A program made the position numbers and the translations under genes. A stretch of DNA of 64,000 nucleotides from Patescibacteria group bacterium (GTDB lineage: Bacteria; Patescibacteriota; Patescibacteriia; UBA9934). Under the pieces are notes generated by a model, which saw only the letters and a list, made by a program, of their open reading frames with translations, did no database searches and was not told where the DNA came from. Of the stretch, positions 29,252 through 39,100 are shown piece after piece. Every line of letters begins with the position of its first letter. Position 1 is the stretch's first letter. The stretch is taken from contig JBAQTB010000002.1 in assembly GCA_049296775.1 (NCBI GenBank), positions 1,891 through 65,890 on the forward strand. The letters are read 5' to 3'.

Positions 29252-30330
29252 TTGATCAGCTTACGCCCAGCCTGAAAAGCATCATCCACAGCCGGGTTGA
29301 TAAACTTCTCCATCACTGTACTCGCGGTTTCTTGATGCTCAATTTTGCCCACAACCAACTTCAGAAACTCGCTATCCTGAATGACTCGCAAAGACTGAGC
29401 GCGCTGCCGCATAGTAAACAACAAACGCCAAGTCTGCGGCCTAAACCACTGTCCAACAGCCCATAACTTAGCCTTCAGCCAGCCGCCCTTCAGTGCCATC
29501 ACCCAAGTGCCTGCCTCAATTGCCGACAATAACGGCGCAAATACTAATAACGTTCCGGGCTTATAGTAAGCCAACACGACCACCTGCCTGTACAACTCCA
29601 TCCAAGCAAATTTCTTAGGGTTGCGACTGAATTTATAATCATGATACGCAAATGACTGAGTGGCTAAAACGTTTTTATAGCCTGCAAACCGTAAACGCAT
29701 GCCCAGTTCGAGATCCTCGTGATACATGAAAAAACCTTCCTCAAGTAAACCTACCTTCTTAAGAGCAGAAACTCGGTATAAAACTGCGGCGCCGCTGGCA
29801 TACGCGATTTCCTCACCATCCGTAACCGCAAGCTCACTCATCAATCTTCCATTGTCTTTAGCAAACCCATAACCGGCAATATGAATAGCTCCCCCGGTGA
29901 CATTAACCTTCTCAGGCTCATGCCAATAACGAACTAGTGACTGCACCGAGCCAATCTTTACGTCCGTCTCTGCTAGCTTCACTGCCTCAGTCAAACAGTC
30001 TGGTGCCAATTTCAAATCGCCATTATGCAAAAACGCGTAATCGAAGTCTTTATCTAAAACGTACTTCAAGGCCAAGTTATTGTTAGCGGCAAAACCCCTA
30101 TTTTGACCGTCATCTAACAACACCACCTCCGGCAAGTCCTGACCAGAACGGGGCAAAACTTTTTCCCGAATCTCATCTGCAATCCCGTCAGGCGAACCAG
30201 CCGGCACCAAAATAAAGGTCAATCGATCTTTTGGGTAATCTAAAGCTGCAATCGCGGCCACGATCTCTGTCAGATACGTCCGCATGCCGTAGCACAAATA
30301 TACGATCGCAATTTTAGGTTGCATAGCCAA
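29245..30330 (-). CDS. Glycosyltransferase family 2
   Basis: 361 aa; IAIVYLCYGMRTYLTEIVAAIAALDYP (GT2 N-terminal beta-strand/DxD region), LHNGDLKL; rhamnosyltransferase-like. Confidence 0.65.
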   Translation of the reverse strand: MAMQPKIAIVYLCYGMRTYLTEIVAAIAALDYPKDRLTFILVPAGSPDGIADEIREKVLPRSGQDLPEVVLLDDGQNRGFAANNNLALKYVLDKDFDYAFLHNGDLKLAPDCLTEAVKLAETDVKIGSVQSLVRYWHEPEKVNVTGGAIHIAGYGFAKDNGRLMSELAVTDGEEIAYASGAAVLYRVSALKKVGLLEEGFFMYHEDLELGMRLRFAGYKNVLATQSFAYHDYKFSRNPKKFAWMELYRQVVVLAYYKPGTLLVFAPLLSAIEAGTWVMALKGGWLKAKLWAVGQWFRPQTWRLLFTMRQRAQSLRVIQDSEFLKLVVGKIEHQETASTVMEKFINPAVDDAFQAGRKLIKW

Positions 30331-30332
30331 CG

Positions 30333-30683
30333 TTATTCGTGTTTTAAGTCAGCCTGTGGGAGAGTTGCCTTATCTATCGCCGCCTGCCGCACTAACTCCG
30401 TAATTTCGGCTGACAATTTCTGTTGCTCAACCAAGAGTCGGTACACCAAGTAAAACAAGAGCACGACTGCTAGGTACACCAACAGATCAGCTCCTCTACC
30501 TACGCCAACCTGTTTAGCTAAAATATCTGTGGTCTGAGGCGTGATCGCCACAACAGCCACCAACACCCAAAAAGCACTCAGCACTAACCACCAATACTTG
30601 GACACTTGTTTACGCTGATACTGTTTCCAAACCTTAAAACTCGCCAAGGTCGCAAAAATTACTAAACCAATTTGAAAGACCAT
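30333..30683 (-). CDS. DUF2304 family small membrane protein
   Basis: 116 aa, 3 TM. ILAKQVGVGRGADLLVYLAVVLLFYLVYRL strongly resembles the DUF2304 consensus (GIGRG.DL..Y...LLFYL). This family is typically GT2-adjacent. Confidence 0.55.
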   Translation of the reverse strand: MVFQIGLVIFATLASFKVWKQYQRKQVSKYWWLVLSAFWVLVAVVAITPQTTDILAKQVGVGRGADLLVYLAVVLLFYLVYRLLVEQQKLSAEITELVRQAAIDKATLPQADLKHE

Positions 30684-30684
30684 A

Positions 30685-31359
30685 TTAAACCAACTTCTTC
30701 TTAATCAAATCTCTAGCGATTCCAAACGCACGCCAGGTTGACGGACTCTTATCTAAAGTTTCCTCAGAATATTTAATCGTCACTGGGCGCTCCTGAAACC
30801 GCAATCCCTTAGCCTTAATTAAATCTAAAATCTCCGAGGCGTGCGCCATTCTATCTAGTGAGATGCGCAAATCCATCGCCGTTTGCCTAGACAGAGCTCG
30901 GAAACCATTCTGAGAATCCGTGACCTTAATTCCAGACACAAGTGCCGTAAAAATTACGCCGGCACCCAGCACCAAACGCCTGAACAGCGGCATATTCAAG
31001 GCCTTCGTACCCAAAAATCTAGAACCGATCACAATATCAGCTTCATCCGCCAGAATCGGCGCTACCAAAGTTGCAATATCCTGACCCTGCATCTGACCAT
31101 CAGCATCAAAGTGCACAATCACCTCAGGCTGCAAATGACGCAAAGCGTAATCCGTTCCGGTCTGCAGGGCCGCACCCTGTCCCCTGTTAACGCTATGGCG
31201 CAAGACAATCGCGCCCGCCTGCAACGCAACCTCACCGGACGCGTCCGCACTACAGTCATCTACCACTACCACAGCATCCACGTACGCCAAAGCATCCGCC
31301 ACCGCGGCACCAACTCTGGCGGCCTCATGATAAGCTGGAATAATGGCAATGATTCTCAT
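30685..31359 (-). CDS. GT2 polyprenol-phosphate glycosyltransferase (dolichyl-phosphate mannosyltransferase-like)
   Basis: 224 aa; MRIIAIIPAYHEAARV...VVVVDDCSADAS...NRGQGAALQTG, typical DPM1/GtrB-like GT2. Confidence 0.8.
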   Translation of the reverse strand: MRIIAIIPAYHEAARVGAAVADALAYVDAVVVVDDCSADASGEVALQAGAIVLRHSVNRGQGAALQTGTDYALRHLQPEVIVHFDADGQMQGQDIATLVAPILADEADIVIGSRFLGTKALNMPLFRRLVLGAGVIFTALVSGIKVTDSQNGFRALSRQTAMDLRISLDRMAHASEILDLIKAKGLRFQERPVTIKYSEETLDKSPSTWRAFGIARDLIKKKLV

Positions 31360-31371
31360 ATTTACTCTACG

Positions 31372-32385
31372 TTAACCCCCATTCGACCCATTCGTCAATA
31401 ACAGCTTATTGGCCCGAACATAATCAATAGTTTTCTTCAATCCATCCTCTAGTCTAACTAACGGTAACCAGCCCAACTGTTCATGCGCCTTGCGCAAGTT
31501 TGGTAAGGCCAAAGGGATCATATGCGCCAAATGCGGTTCATATTCAATATTTACCTCTGACTCCGCCAAAGTCATCATCTTCTGCGCCACGTCCGCAATC
31601 TTCAAGCTGACATTACTGCCCAGGTTCACCGGACCAATGCCCTTCTCTGCCCGCATGACTCGCAATAAGCCGTCTACCACGTCAGTCACATACACTAACG
31701 AAGTGGTCGTATTAACATCTCCAGACACAGAAATCGCCTTACCGTCCAAAATGTTCAATACAAAATCGGGAATCTGATGGCCGTGAAAAAGTGGCATGCG
31801 CGGACCGTATGTCCTAAAAATTCTGGCGATCTTAGCGTCTAGCCCGTACACATCCGCATACGTAGCAAACATAGTTTCTGCAAAACGCTTGCCTTCATTG
31901 AGGGCTGCCCGTGGGTTCAGGTGATCCACCACCCCTAGCTCAGACTCATCCACTCCGTCTGCATCCGGCTCCCGACTACCATACACTGTGGCCGCTGAAG
32001 CCAATAAAATTTTAGCTTTATATTTCACCGCCACCTCTAAAACATTCCGTGTGCCTACCGAATTGGCTAACAGAATTTGCAGCTTAAATTGCTCGTAACC
32101 CTTAACAGCCGTTGGCATGGCTAAATGATAAATCTCTTGTACTCCCAAAAACTTAACTTTGAACTGTTCCAATTCTGGATAGCCCTCCAAATCAAACGGT
32201 TCATTGATATCCAAACGTAAAAATTGAAAATCAGGATTACGTAACATGGGTTCAATATTGCGAATGTGTCCGGTAGAAAAGTTATCAATGCAAATCACTC
32301 TATTCCCGTCCTTAAGTAAGGCTTCACATAAAAATGAACCAATAAAGCCTGCGCCACCCGTCACCAACACCGTCTTCTTATCCAT
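31372..32385 (-). CDS. UDP-glucuronate decarboxylase (UDP-xylose synthase)-like extended SDR
   Basis: VLVTGGAGFIGSFLCEAL, DNFSTGHIRN, LNEGKRFAETM and RIFRTYGPRM align closely by eye with UXS. The YxxxK Tyr appears to be replaced (AALNEGK). Start taken at MDKKTVLV. Confidence 0.7.
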   Translation of the reverse strand: MDKKTVLVTGGAGFIGSFLCEALLKDGNRVICIDNFSTGHIRNIEPMLRNPDFQFLRLDINEPFDLEGYPELEQFKVKFLGVQEIYHLAMPTAVKGYEQFKLQILLANSVGTRNVLEVAVKYKAKILLASAATVYGSREPDADGVDESELGVVDHLNPRAALNEGKRFAETMFATYADVYGLDAKIARIFRTYGPRMPLFHGHQIPDFVLNILDGKAISVSGDVNTTTSLVYVTDVVDGLLRVMRAEKGIGPVNLGSNVSLKIADVAQKMMTLAESEVNIEYEPHLAHMIPLALPNLRKAHEQLGWLPLVRLEDGLKKTIDYVRANKLLLTNGSNGG

Positions 32386-32423
32386 ACGTGTTACGTTACC
32401 TGTAAATAATCCCCAAACATCCC

Positions 32424-34481
32424 TTACCAAGCGTCAAAATAGCCACCCGATTCACCTATCAAGCCCGTGCCAACCGCATCCAACAGATCGCCGGTTAAAG
32501 AATAAACTAGAACATCTCCAGCCACATTTTGCGGAGCCAACACAATATCCGGTTCACCATTGATATCGATATCTGCCACGCTAACATCAAGCCTGGTCAT
32601 AGCTCCAGCTTGAGGGACATCGATCCCACCCCAGTATGCTCCAATCTTATTGTAAATTCTCACCTGAGCCTTAGCGCCAGCGCCGCCAACCGTGATAATT
32701 TCGTCTCTGTAATCACCGTCTAAATCACCCACGTCTAAACGCACGCCCTGCATATCACCTGGAAAAGCGACAAAATCCACTACTCGACTACCGTCAACAT
32801 TGTAAACCGCCACCTTAGACTCACCCGTCTCAGAAAAAACTACGATCTCCTTTTCCCAATCATCATCCACATCCGCCACCGCCACTGACAACGGCGCCCC
32901 CTCCGCAAAACCTGTCACCGTAAAACGCTGTAACTCAAGCCCAGTTTGCGACCAAATAATCACATCATTACTCACACCCTCACCCACGGCCGTAATGACT
33001 TCATAAATCCCGTCACCGTCCACGTCTCCGGCCGCCACGTTCACTCCCTTATCTGACTCCTTGTCATACGCAAAAAACTCAGACACCACCGCGCCGTATG
33101 GTTTAAAAACTCTCACATGTGGCCCACCACTCGGTCCAGCTCCAGTCACGATCTCTGGAATCGCATCCCCGTCTAAATCTTGAGCCGCCACCCGCACTCC
33201 CCCGCTAAAATTAGCAGTGTAAGCGCTAAAACTTGCATACGGCGTGCCGTCGGCTCGGTATACGGCTACAGTTGGCAAAACCCCAGCCGGCGCCCCCACA
33301 GCCACAAACGAATAGTGCGCCGAATCAGCGTAATGCTCGTCTGACGTTGGTACAACCGGCTCAACCGGTGACGCCTCGATCTCCTCTGCCGGTTTCGTCG
33401 TTGTTGGTGCGCTCGCGGCAATAGCTGGCGCAATCTGCAAGGCGCGCTCCACATTCAACCTGCCAACACCAATCGCTCCGATTCTGCTCAAAGTTTCTCC
33501 AATCGGATCCACAGACAGTTTCAAAATAGAAAAAACTTGGGTTGGGGTTAAACGTGGATATTCTGATAACAACAAACCAGCCGCTCCAGACACCAATGGA
33601 GCAGAAATTGACGTACCGTTCCATGGCCCGCCATACGCCTCCGCCTCACCTTCCAAATAATCCAAACCGTAAATATCCACTCCAGGCGCACTCAAATCTG
33701 CACAATTCGCTCCATAATTAGTAAAGTCCGTCTCTTCGTCCAGTCTACCCGTAGCACTCACACCCAACACCCAATCATCCACATCCGAATGAAAACAGGC
33801 CGGATACACTGGCGTAATATCTAAATCAGCCGAATCATTCCCAAGCGCTGCCACAATCACTACTCCAGCGTCATACGCCCGGAGCACCGCCGTCCGCAAA
33901 CGTGAACCAGAAGCCGTACCAGCAAAACTCATGTTAATCACCTGTGCACCGTTGGCTACCGCGTAATCAATCGCTTTAGCCGTGGCGTCTTCACCGCCTA
34001 CCCCGTTTTCATTCAAAACCCTGATCGGCATGATACTCGCCTCCCACATCACGCCCGTATAACCAATTTCATTATTAGCCTGCGCGCCTATCAAGCCGGA
34101 CACCAACGTACCGTGGGAAATAGCTCCCATTCCAGGAACGGCGGCCGCCTCTGGCTCAGGATTCTCATCATTACTGACAAAATCCCAGCCATGCACATCA
34201 TCAATAAAGCCGTTACCGTCATCATCCTTACCATTGGTAGGAGTCTCCTTAGCATTAACCCACAAATTCCCCACCAAATCCGGATGGTCCAAATCTACCC
34301 CCGTGTCCAACACAGCAATAATGACGCCTTTATCACCAACGGCAGCATTCCAGGCGGTCGGAGCATTGATCCTGTTTAAATACCATTGATCACCAAAATA
34401 AACATCATTCGGCGTTCTGGCTTGCACCAGGGAAAACGGTAAGCTAGCCAAAACCATGGCTGCCAGAAGGGATTTGTACAT
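32424..34481 (-). CDS. Secreted subtilisin-like (S8) serine peptidase with C-terminal FG-GAP/VCBS-type repeats
   Basis: 685 aa. Signal peptide; catalytic triad regions AVLDTGVD, HGTLVSGLIG and GTSISAPLVSGAAGLL; at least 5 Dx(D/N)GDxxxExxV-type repeats in the C-terminal half. Confidence 0.8.
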   Translation of the reverse strand: MYKSLLAAMVLASLPFSLVQARTPNDVYFGDQWYLNRINAPTAWNAAVGDKGVIIAVLDTGVDLDHPDLVGNLWVNAKETPTNGKDDDGNGFIDDVHGWDFVSNDENPEPEAAAVPGMGAISHGTLVSGLIGAQANNEIGYTGVMWEASIMPIRVLNENGVGGEDATAKAIDYAVANGAQVINMSFAGTASGSRLRTAVLRAYDAGVVIVAALGNDSADLDITPVYPACFHSDVDDWVLGVSATGRLDEETDFTNYGANCADLSAPGVDIYGLDYLEGEAEAYGGPWNGTSISAPLVSGAAGLLLSEYPRLTPTQVFSILKLSVDPIGETLSRIGAIGVGRLNVERALQIAPAIAASAPTTTKPAEEIEASPVEPVVPTSDEHYADSAHYSFVAVGAPAGVLPTVAVYRADGTPYASFSAYTANFSGGVRVAAQDLDGDAIPEIVTGAGPSGGPHVRVFKPYGAVVSEFFAYDKESDKGVNVAAGDVDGDGIYEVITAVGEGVSNDVIIWSQTGLELQRFTVTGFAEGAPLSVAVADVDDDWEKEIVVFSETGESKVAVYNVDGSRVVDFVAFPGDMQGVRLDVGDLDGDYRDEIITVGGAGAKAQVRIYNKIGAYWGGIDVPQAGAMTRLDVSVADIDINGEPDIVLAPQNVAGDVLVYSLTGDLLDAVGTGLIGESGGYFDAW

Positions 34482-34510
34482 ACCCTACCAGTATACCGCA
34501 TCAACTTTGT

Positions 34511-35230
34511 TTAGTCTGTGGCTACGCAGCTGGTTTTGAGCATTTCAAAATCATCTTTTAAGGCTTGAGTATTTGGATCCAGCGCCACGGCTACCTCATA
34601 ATGATCCACCGCCAAAGCACACTCTCCGCCGGCCGCGTACCAATCACCCAAACCCGTCATATTCCACACCGTCTGACCACGACGCGCCAAGTCATCCTCA
34701 TACAAATGCTTCAAATCCTCACGACGCTCAGGGAAATGCGCTAACAAGAAATTGGCAAAATCCGCATAATACTTCTGAACTCCGGACTGAATTTCCAAAG
34801 TCTTCACAAACGCATCTTCAGCGTTCTCATAATCCTCCATGTCCTCAAGTACCAAGGCGTAATTATTCCAAGCTACGTAGTTAATAGAGTTCCCGGCTAA
34901 CTGCTTCTCTAGCATCTCCCTAGCCATGACCAAATCACCCAACAAATACGCATCAGATGACGCGCTCAAATACAAGTTTAATTCGACATCTTCATTCGCC
35001 GCTTCTGTTGCCGCAATAGCTGCCAAAGTTGTAGCTAAACGCTGCTCAAAGTACTCCCGGGTAGGTTCATCAATCTCTATTAGTTTCTCTGTGACCAAGC
35101 CTTTATACGGATCATGGCTCTGGGCTCCTAAATACAGGGCGTAAATACCCAAACACACCAAGACTATCCCCACAATGACACTCACTCCTTGAGATCGAGA
35201 TAACTTCATATACCCCAAAGAGTAACCCAT
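34511..35230 (-). CDS. Hypothetical membrane-anchored TPR-like repeat protein
   Basis: N-terminal TM (VIVGIVLVCLGIYALYL) followed by helical repeat region (AWNNYALVLEDMEDYENAEDAFVKTLE). Start moved to internal Met to avoid a 65-nt overlap with the upstream NUDIX gene. Confidence 0.45.
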   Translation of the reverse strand: MGYSLGYMKLSRSQGVSVIVGIVLVCLGIYALYLGAQSHDPYKGLVTEKLIEIDEPTREYFEQRLATTLAAIAATEAANEDVELNLYLSASSDAYLLGDLVMAREMLEKQLAGNSINYVAWNNYALVLEDMEDYENAEDAFVKTLEIQSGVQKYYADFANFLLAHFPERREDLKHLYEDDLARRGQTVWNMTGLGDWYAAGGECALAVDHYEVAVALDPNTQALKDDFEMLKTSCVATD

Positions 35231-35270
35231 TTTCCCCCATTTGCCAACTGGTCGATCTATCCTCCAAAGC

Positions 35271-35858
35271 CTAAGACGCAGCCACCGGATGCCAGGTGTG
35301 GAGGTCGAAATTAGACAGTGGCGTACTTTTAGCACTAGCGGCCGTTAGAGCGGCGCGCAAACAGTGATATTCGATCAAGAAATTATGCGTACCAGCACAC
35401 CATTTCGCCGCCTCATCTTTGGCGACCTGGATAATTTCTTCAGCTGACAACCACCTAAACCGGTCGACCTCTCCAGGTTGCGGGATGAGCTCATGAACAG
35501 TCTCGTCGATTAGAACTACATACTCACGCACCCACAATCTAGCTTGATCCAGTCTAGTGGTACGCCAAGCGATCAACTGCTCCGCGGCCACGCGAATACC
35601 CGACTCTTCCTCCAATTCCTTCAGAGCATTAGTTTCATAACTCTCCCCAACGGCCACGTGACCACCCAAATGCGTGGACCACACGCCAGGCATACGCTCT
35701 TTCTGCATAGAGCGCTGATGACACAAAATCTGGCCCTGGCTATTCATGACAAAGATATTCGTTGACCGACACCAAGCCCCTTCTTTGAGAGCCTGAGCAC
35801 GCGGCAAAATACCAAGAGGCATGTTAGTCACCGGGTGAACAATCGCTAAAGCTTCCAT
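35271..35858 (-). CDS. NUDIX hydrolase
   Basis: 195 aa; Nudix box GGHVAVGESYETNALKELEEESGI. Confidence 0.7.
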   Translation of the reverse strand: MEALAIVHPVTNMPLGILPRAQALKEGAWCRSTNIFVMNSQGQILCHQRSMQKERMPGVWSTHLGGHVAVGESYETNALKELEEESGIRVAAEQLIAWRTTRLDQARLWVREYVVLIDETVHELIPQPGEVDRFRWLSAEEIIQVAKDEAAKWCAGTHNFLIEYHCLRAALTAASAKSTPLSNFDLHTWHPVAAS

Positions 35859-36017
35859 AAAATAAAAACAAGAGAGTTAATTGACCCTCTTGTCTCAACA
35901 TTTCCGACACGTTCCACACCAGGCTAAACACCCAACTGGAACTTGTACTGGTCTTGAGGCAAAAAGGCTTAAGATCATATATACCAGAAACCCGGTCGCC
36001 CTGCAAGTCGAATCTGG

Positions 36018-36064
36018 GTAAAAACCAAACCCGCTCTAGGCCTGAGGCCGAGAGCGGGTTGGTT
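36018..36064 (-). terminator. Rho-independent terminator of the giant surface-protein gene
   Basis: On the minus strand: AACCCGCTC-(aggcctgaggcc)-GAGCGGGTT hairpin followed by TGGTTTTTAC. Confidence 0.5.
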
Positions 36065-36153
36065 GTCTAAACACTCTGATTAAGAGGTAGAGACGCTAGC
36101 TGTAATCCATAGACCTGGAGTGAGACAAAGTCTGCACTTCAGTGCCGAGTGGA

Positions 36154-39100
36154 TTAGAAGACGAGCGTTCCGCCGCTAACAGTGGTGTTGTCAACAAGGT
36201 AGGAACCCCAGAAGTCGTCTGAAGAACCGGTATGACCAGTTACACCGTCATCCTTCCACAAGAAGGAAGATGGCAAACGGTAGATAGTGTCGTCATTGCT
36301 GACGTCAGCTGTAGCTACCAATGGTGAACCGAGGTATCCACGAACAACAGTCAAGGTTGTACCAGAAGCCAATGCAGTAACAAGCATACGCTCGTCAGCA
36401 GCATCTACTCCGTCTCCACCGGCTCCGTCAGCGTCAAGGACGATAACGTCACCAATGGCGAATACGGCACTTGAGTCAACTCCGAGAGTGGTCGCAGTAG
36501 CGGCCAAAGCAGCTACGTTAGAGTCAGTCGTAGAGTCAACGAAGGTACCAGTGATTGGGTCTGAAGGGATGTCGAGACGAATAGAATCGTCTTGAGCTGC
36601 GCTAGCACCTGTAGTGTCCAAGTAGATAGCGAAGGTCTTTGTTACACCCTTAGGCACAATTTCAGTGGTTGGCAATACCAAGTGGACAAAGCCAACGTCT
36701 GCTTCAGTGCTATTACAAATTGCGCCAGTAGCCTTCAACAAGGTCCATGGGCTATCTGTTCCACCTGACATTTCTGCCAAGGTGTCGTTCTGATCGGTGT
36801 CAGAATCAAGGTCGAGAGTGGTAGTGGTACCATCATCGGTCAAGTTGTAGATATCGAAGTCCTGAGGTGCCATTTCACCGGCATCAGCTGCGTTATCACA
36901 AGCGTTCCAATCGTTAGTACCAGTGTTTACGTTGTCAGTGGCGTTCATCTTGAAGGTGAAGCGGCTCAAAACTACATCCTCGTTAGAAGAAGCAGCGATG
37001 TTGAAACGCAAGACCTCAGAACGGCCAACGACAGCGCTACCAGAAGGGCTCAAAGATGACAATGTCACAGTTGGCTTGGTCTCACGCACCACGAAGGTGT
37101 GGATTCCATCAGTACCAACAGCATCGTTACCTACAGCACCCTGGTCATCGTCGTCCAAAGTTGCACCTGAACCAGCTCCAACAGCTTTGAAGTTGTCGTC
37201 GTTGGTAGTGTCAACAAAGAGACCCATACGAACCTTCTCGTTTGAAGTAGCAGAACCACCAGCGTCGCGATCAGTCAACGGAACGCTGACCTTTACGCTT
37301 ACGTCTGCTGGAGTACCGACAGCTACGTACATATCAAGTGCTGAGAACTTAGCCTCATTACCAGACATAGCTACGCTCTTAGTTCCAGTAGAACCATCAG
37401 CCTTAGGATAGGTGATAGTTACCAAAGAAATGTTGTTAGCGTAACCAGTAGAATCAGCAGAAGCCAAGTCGTCTTCAGCTTGCTCTTCAGAGAAGGTCAA
37501 GGTCTGAATTTCGAAGGCTTCGTTAGTTGCGGTGAAGCGGTAAGTAGCTACCTCGTTAGCAGTGCTAGAGGTAAGTACAAAGTCCGCAGATGGAGTTCCA
37601 GAAGCTGCAGTAACTGCCAAAGTTCCAGAATCAGCTAAAGTTACTTGGTTGTTTGGAGCAGTAGCACCGTTTGGATCATCACCTACAACTGAAGCGGCAG
37701 CGAGAGTATCGCCATCGTCATCTTCAGCCACTACGTCAGTATCCTCATCGTTAATATCGAATGAGAAGTATGCGCTACCGGACACGCTCGTGTTAGCAAA
37801 GTTACACTTTACTGTCATGAGCTCGGTACTACCGGCATCGATCATCCAGTCGATGTCTGCGAAACGAATGGTTTCACCACTAGTTGCAGGACCTTCTGGA
37901 CCATCGAGTAGAGTGTCCCCATTGAAAAGTGAACATGACTCGACGTAATCATTTACATCAGCGTTTGTTTCACCACCAAGGGTCATAGTCTCGTCACCGT
38001 CGTCATCACCGTATGCACTCAAGGTGAAATCAGTGATAGTTACGTCAGAAGCCTCAGAAGCAGCAGCGTTGAATGCTACTACAGTTACATCGTCCGTACC
38101 ATCAACCGTGGTCACATCACCAGGAGTGCTGGAGAGTGAGAAGGTCAAAGTTGCGGCCTTAGCTACCTGGTTGTAACCAGTTAGATCAGAACCTGGAACG
38201 ATGTCAGAGCCTGACAAAGCGTCGCCGTTAGCATCTTCAATTGACAAACCGCTGATGTCAAAAGTTGCTGACAAAGTCTCACCAGAGGTAAGGCTGTTAT
38301 CAACGTCTACCGTAACTAGCAAGTTCAAAGTCTCGCCAGCACCGATAGTAAAGTCATCAGTGAAGTCAATGATCTGCAATGCGTCTTCAGCAGCGCCAAT
38401 GAGAGATGTTTCATCAGACTCATCATCGATGACAACATCCAACTCAAGTGGACTCAAGAGAGTAGCGCCAGTATCAGCGTTTACAATCTTAATGTCCTTA
38501 ACGTTGGCCTCAGAACCTGTGTTAATCAGACCATCGTCATCCTCAGTACCAGCACCAGTCTCAACACCATCGTTTGGATCACCGTCATTGTCGTCGTCGG
38601 CGGCTACCATGATGTCAAGATCCTTAACGGTCACTTCCTGAGCGGCAGTGATAGAGAAGGCCAAGAGAACCTGGTCCTGTGAATCAACCTGGATATCTCC
38701 AGCGGTAGGACCATTGAAGGCGATAGTTACTTCGCCACCAACAATCGTGCTGAAGGAACAGTTACCAGATGAAGAGGTACATGAAGTACCGTCATAAGTA
38801 CCAGAAGATCCAGTATCAACAGTCATACCAAAGCCGAAGTCGCCACCAATGGCTACTACGTCAATAGCGTTGTCGATGAAAACCTTAACGGTCTCCGCAT
38901 CCTGACCACCAATGTTGGCGGTTACAGTGAAGATATTGTTACCACCTTCTTCGATCTCGAATGGGCTAGCAGACATGTCGAATGCTACCAAATCGTTACC
39001 TACGATAGAACCAGAAGCCAAGAAGACGTTACCGTCCCATAGCTTGTAGTCAGTGTGGTCAATCGCATCATCAACGTTCAAAGTCATCATCTCTAGAGAT

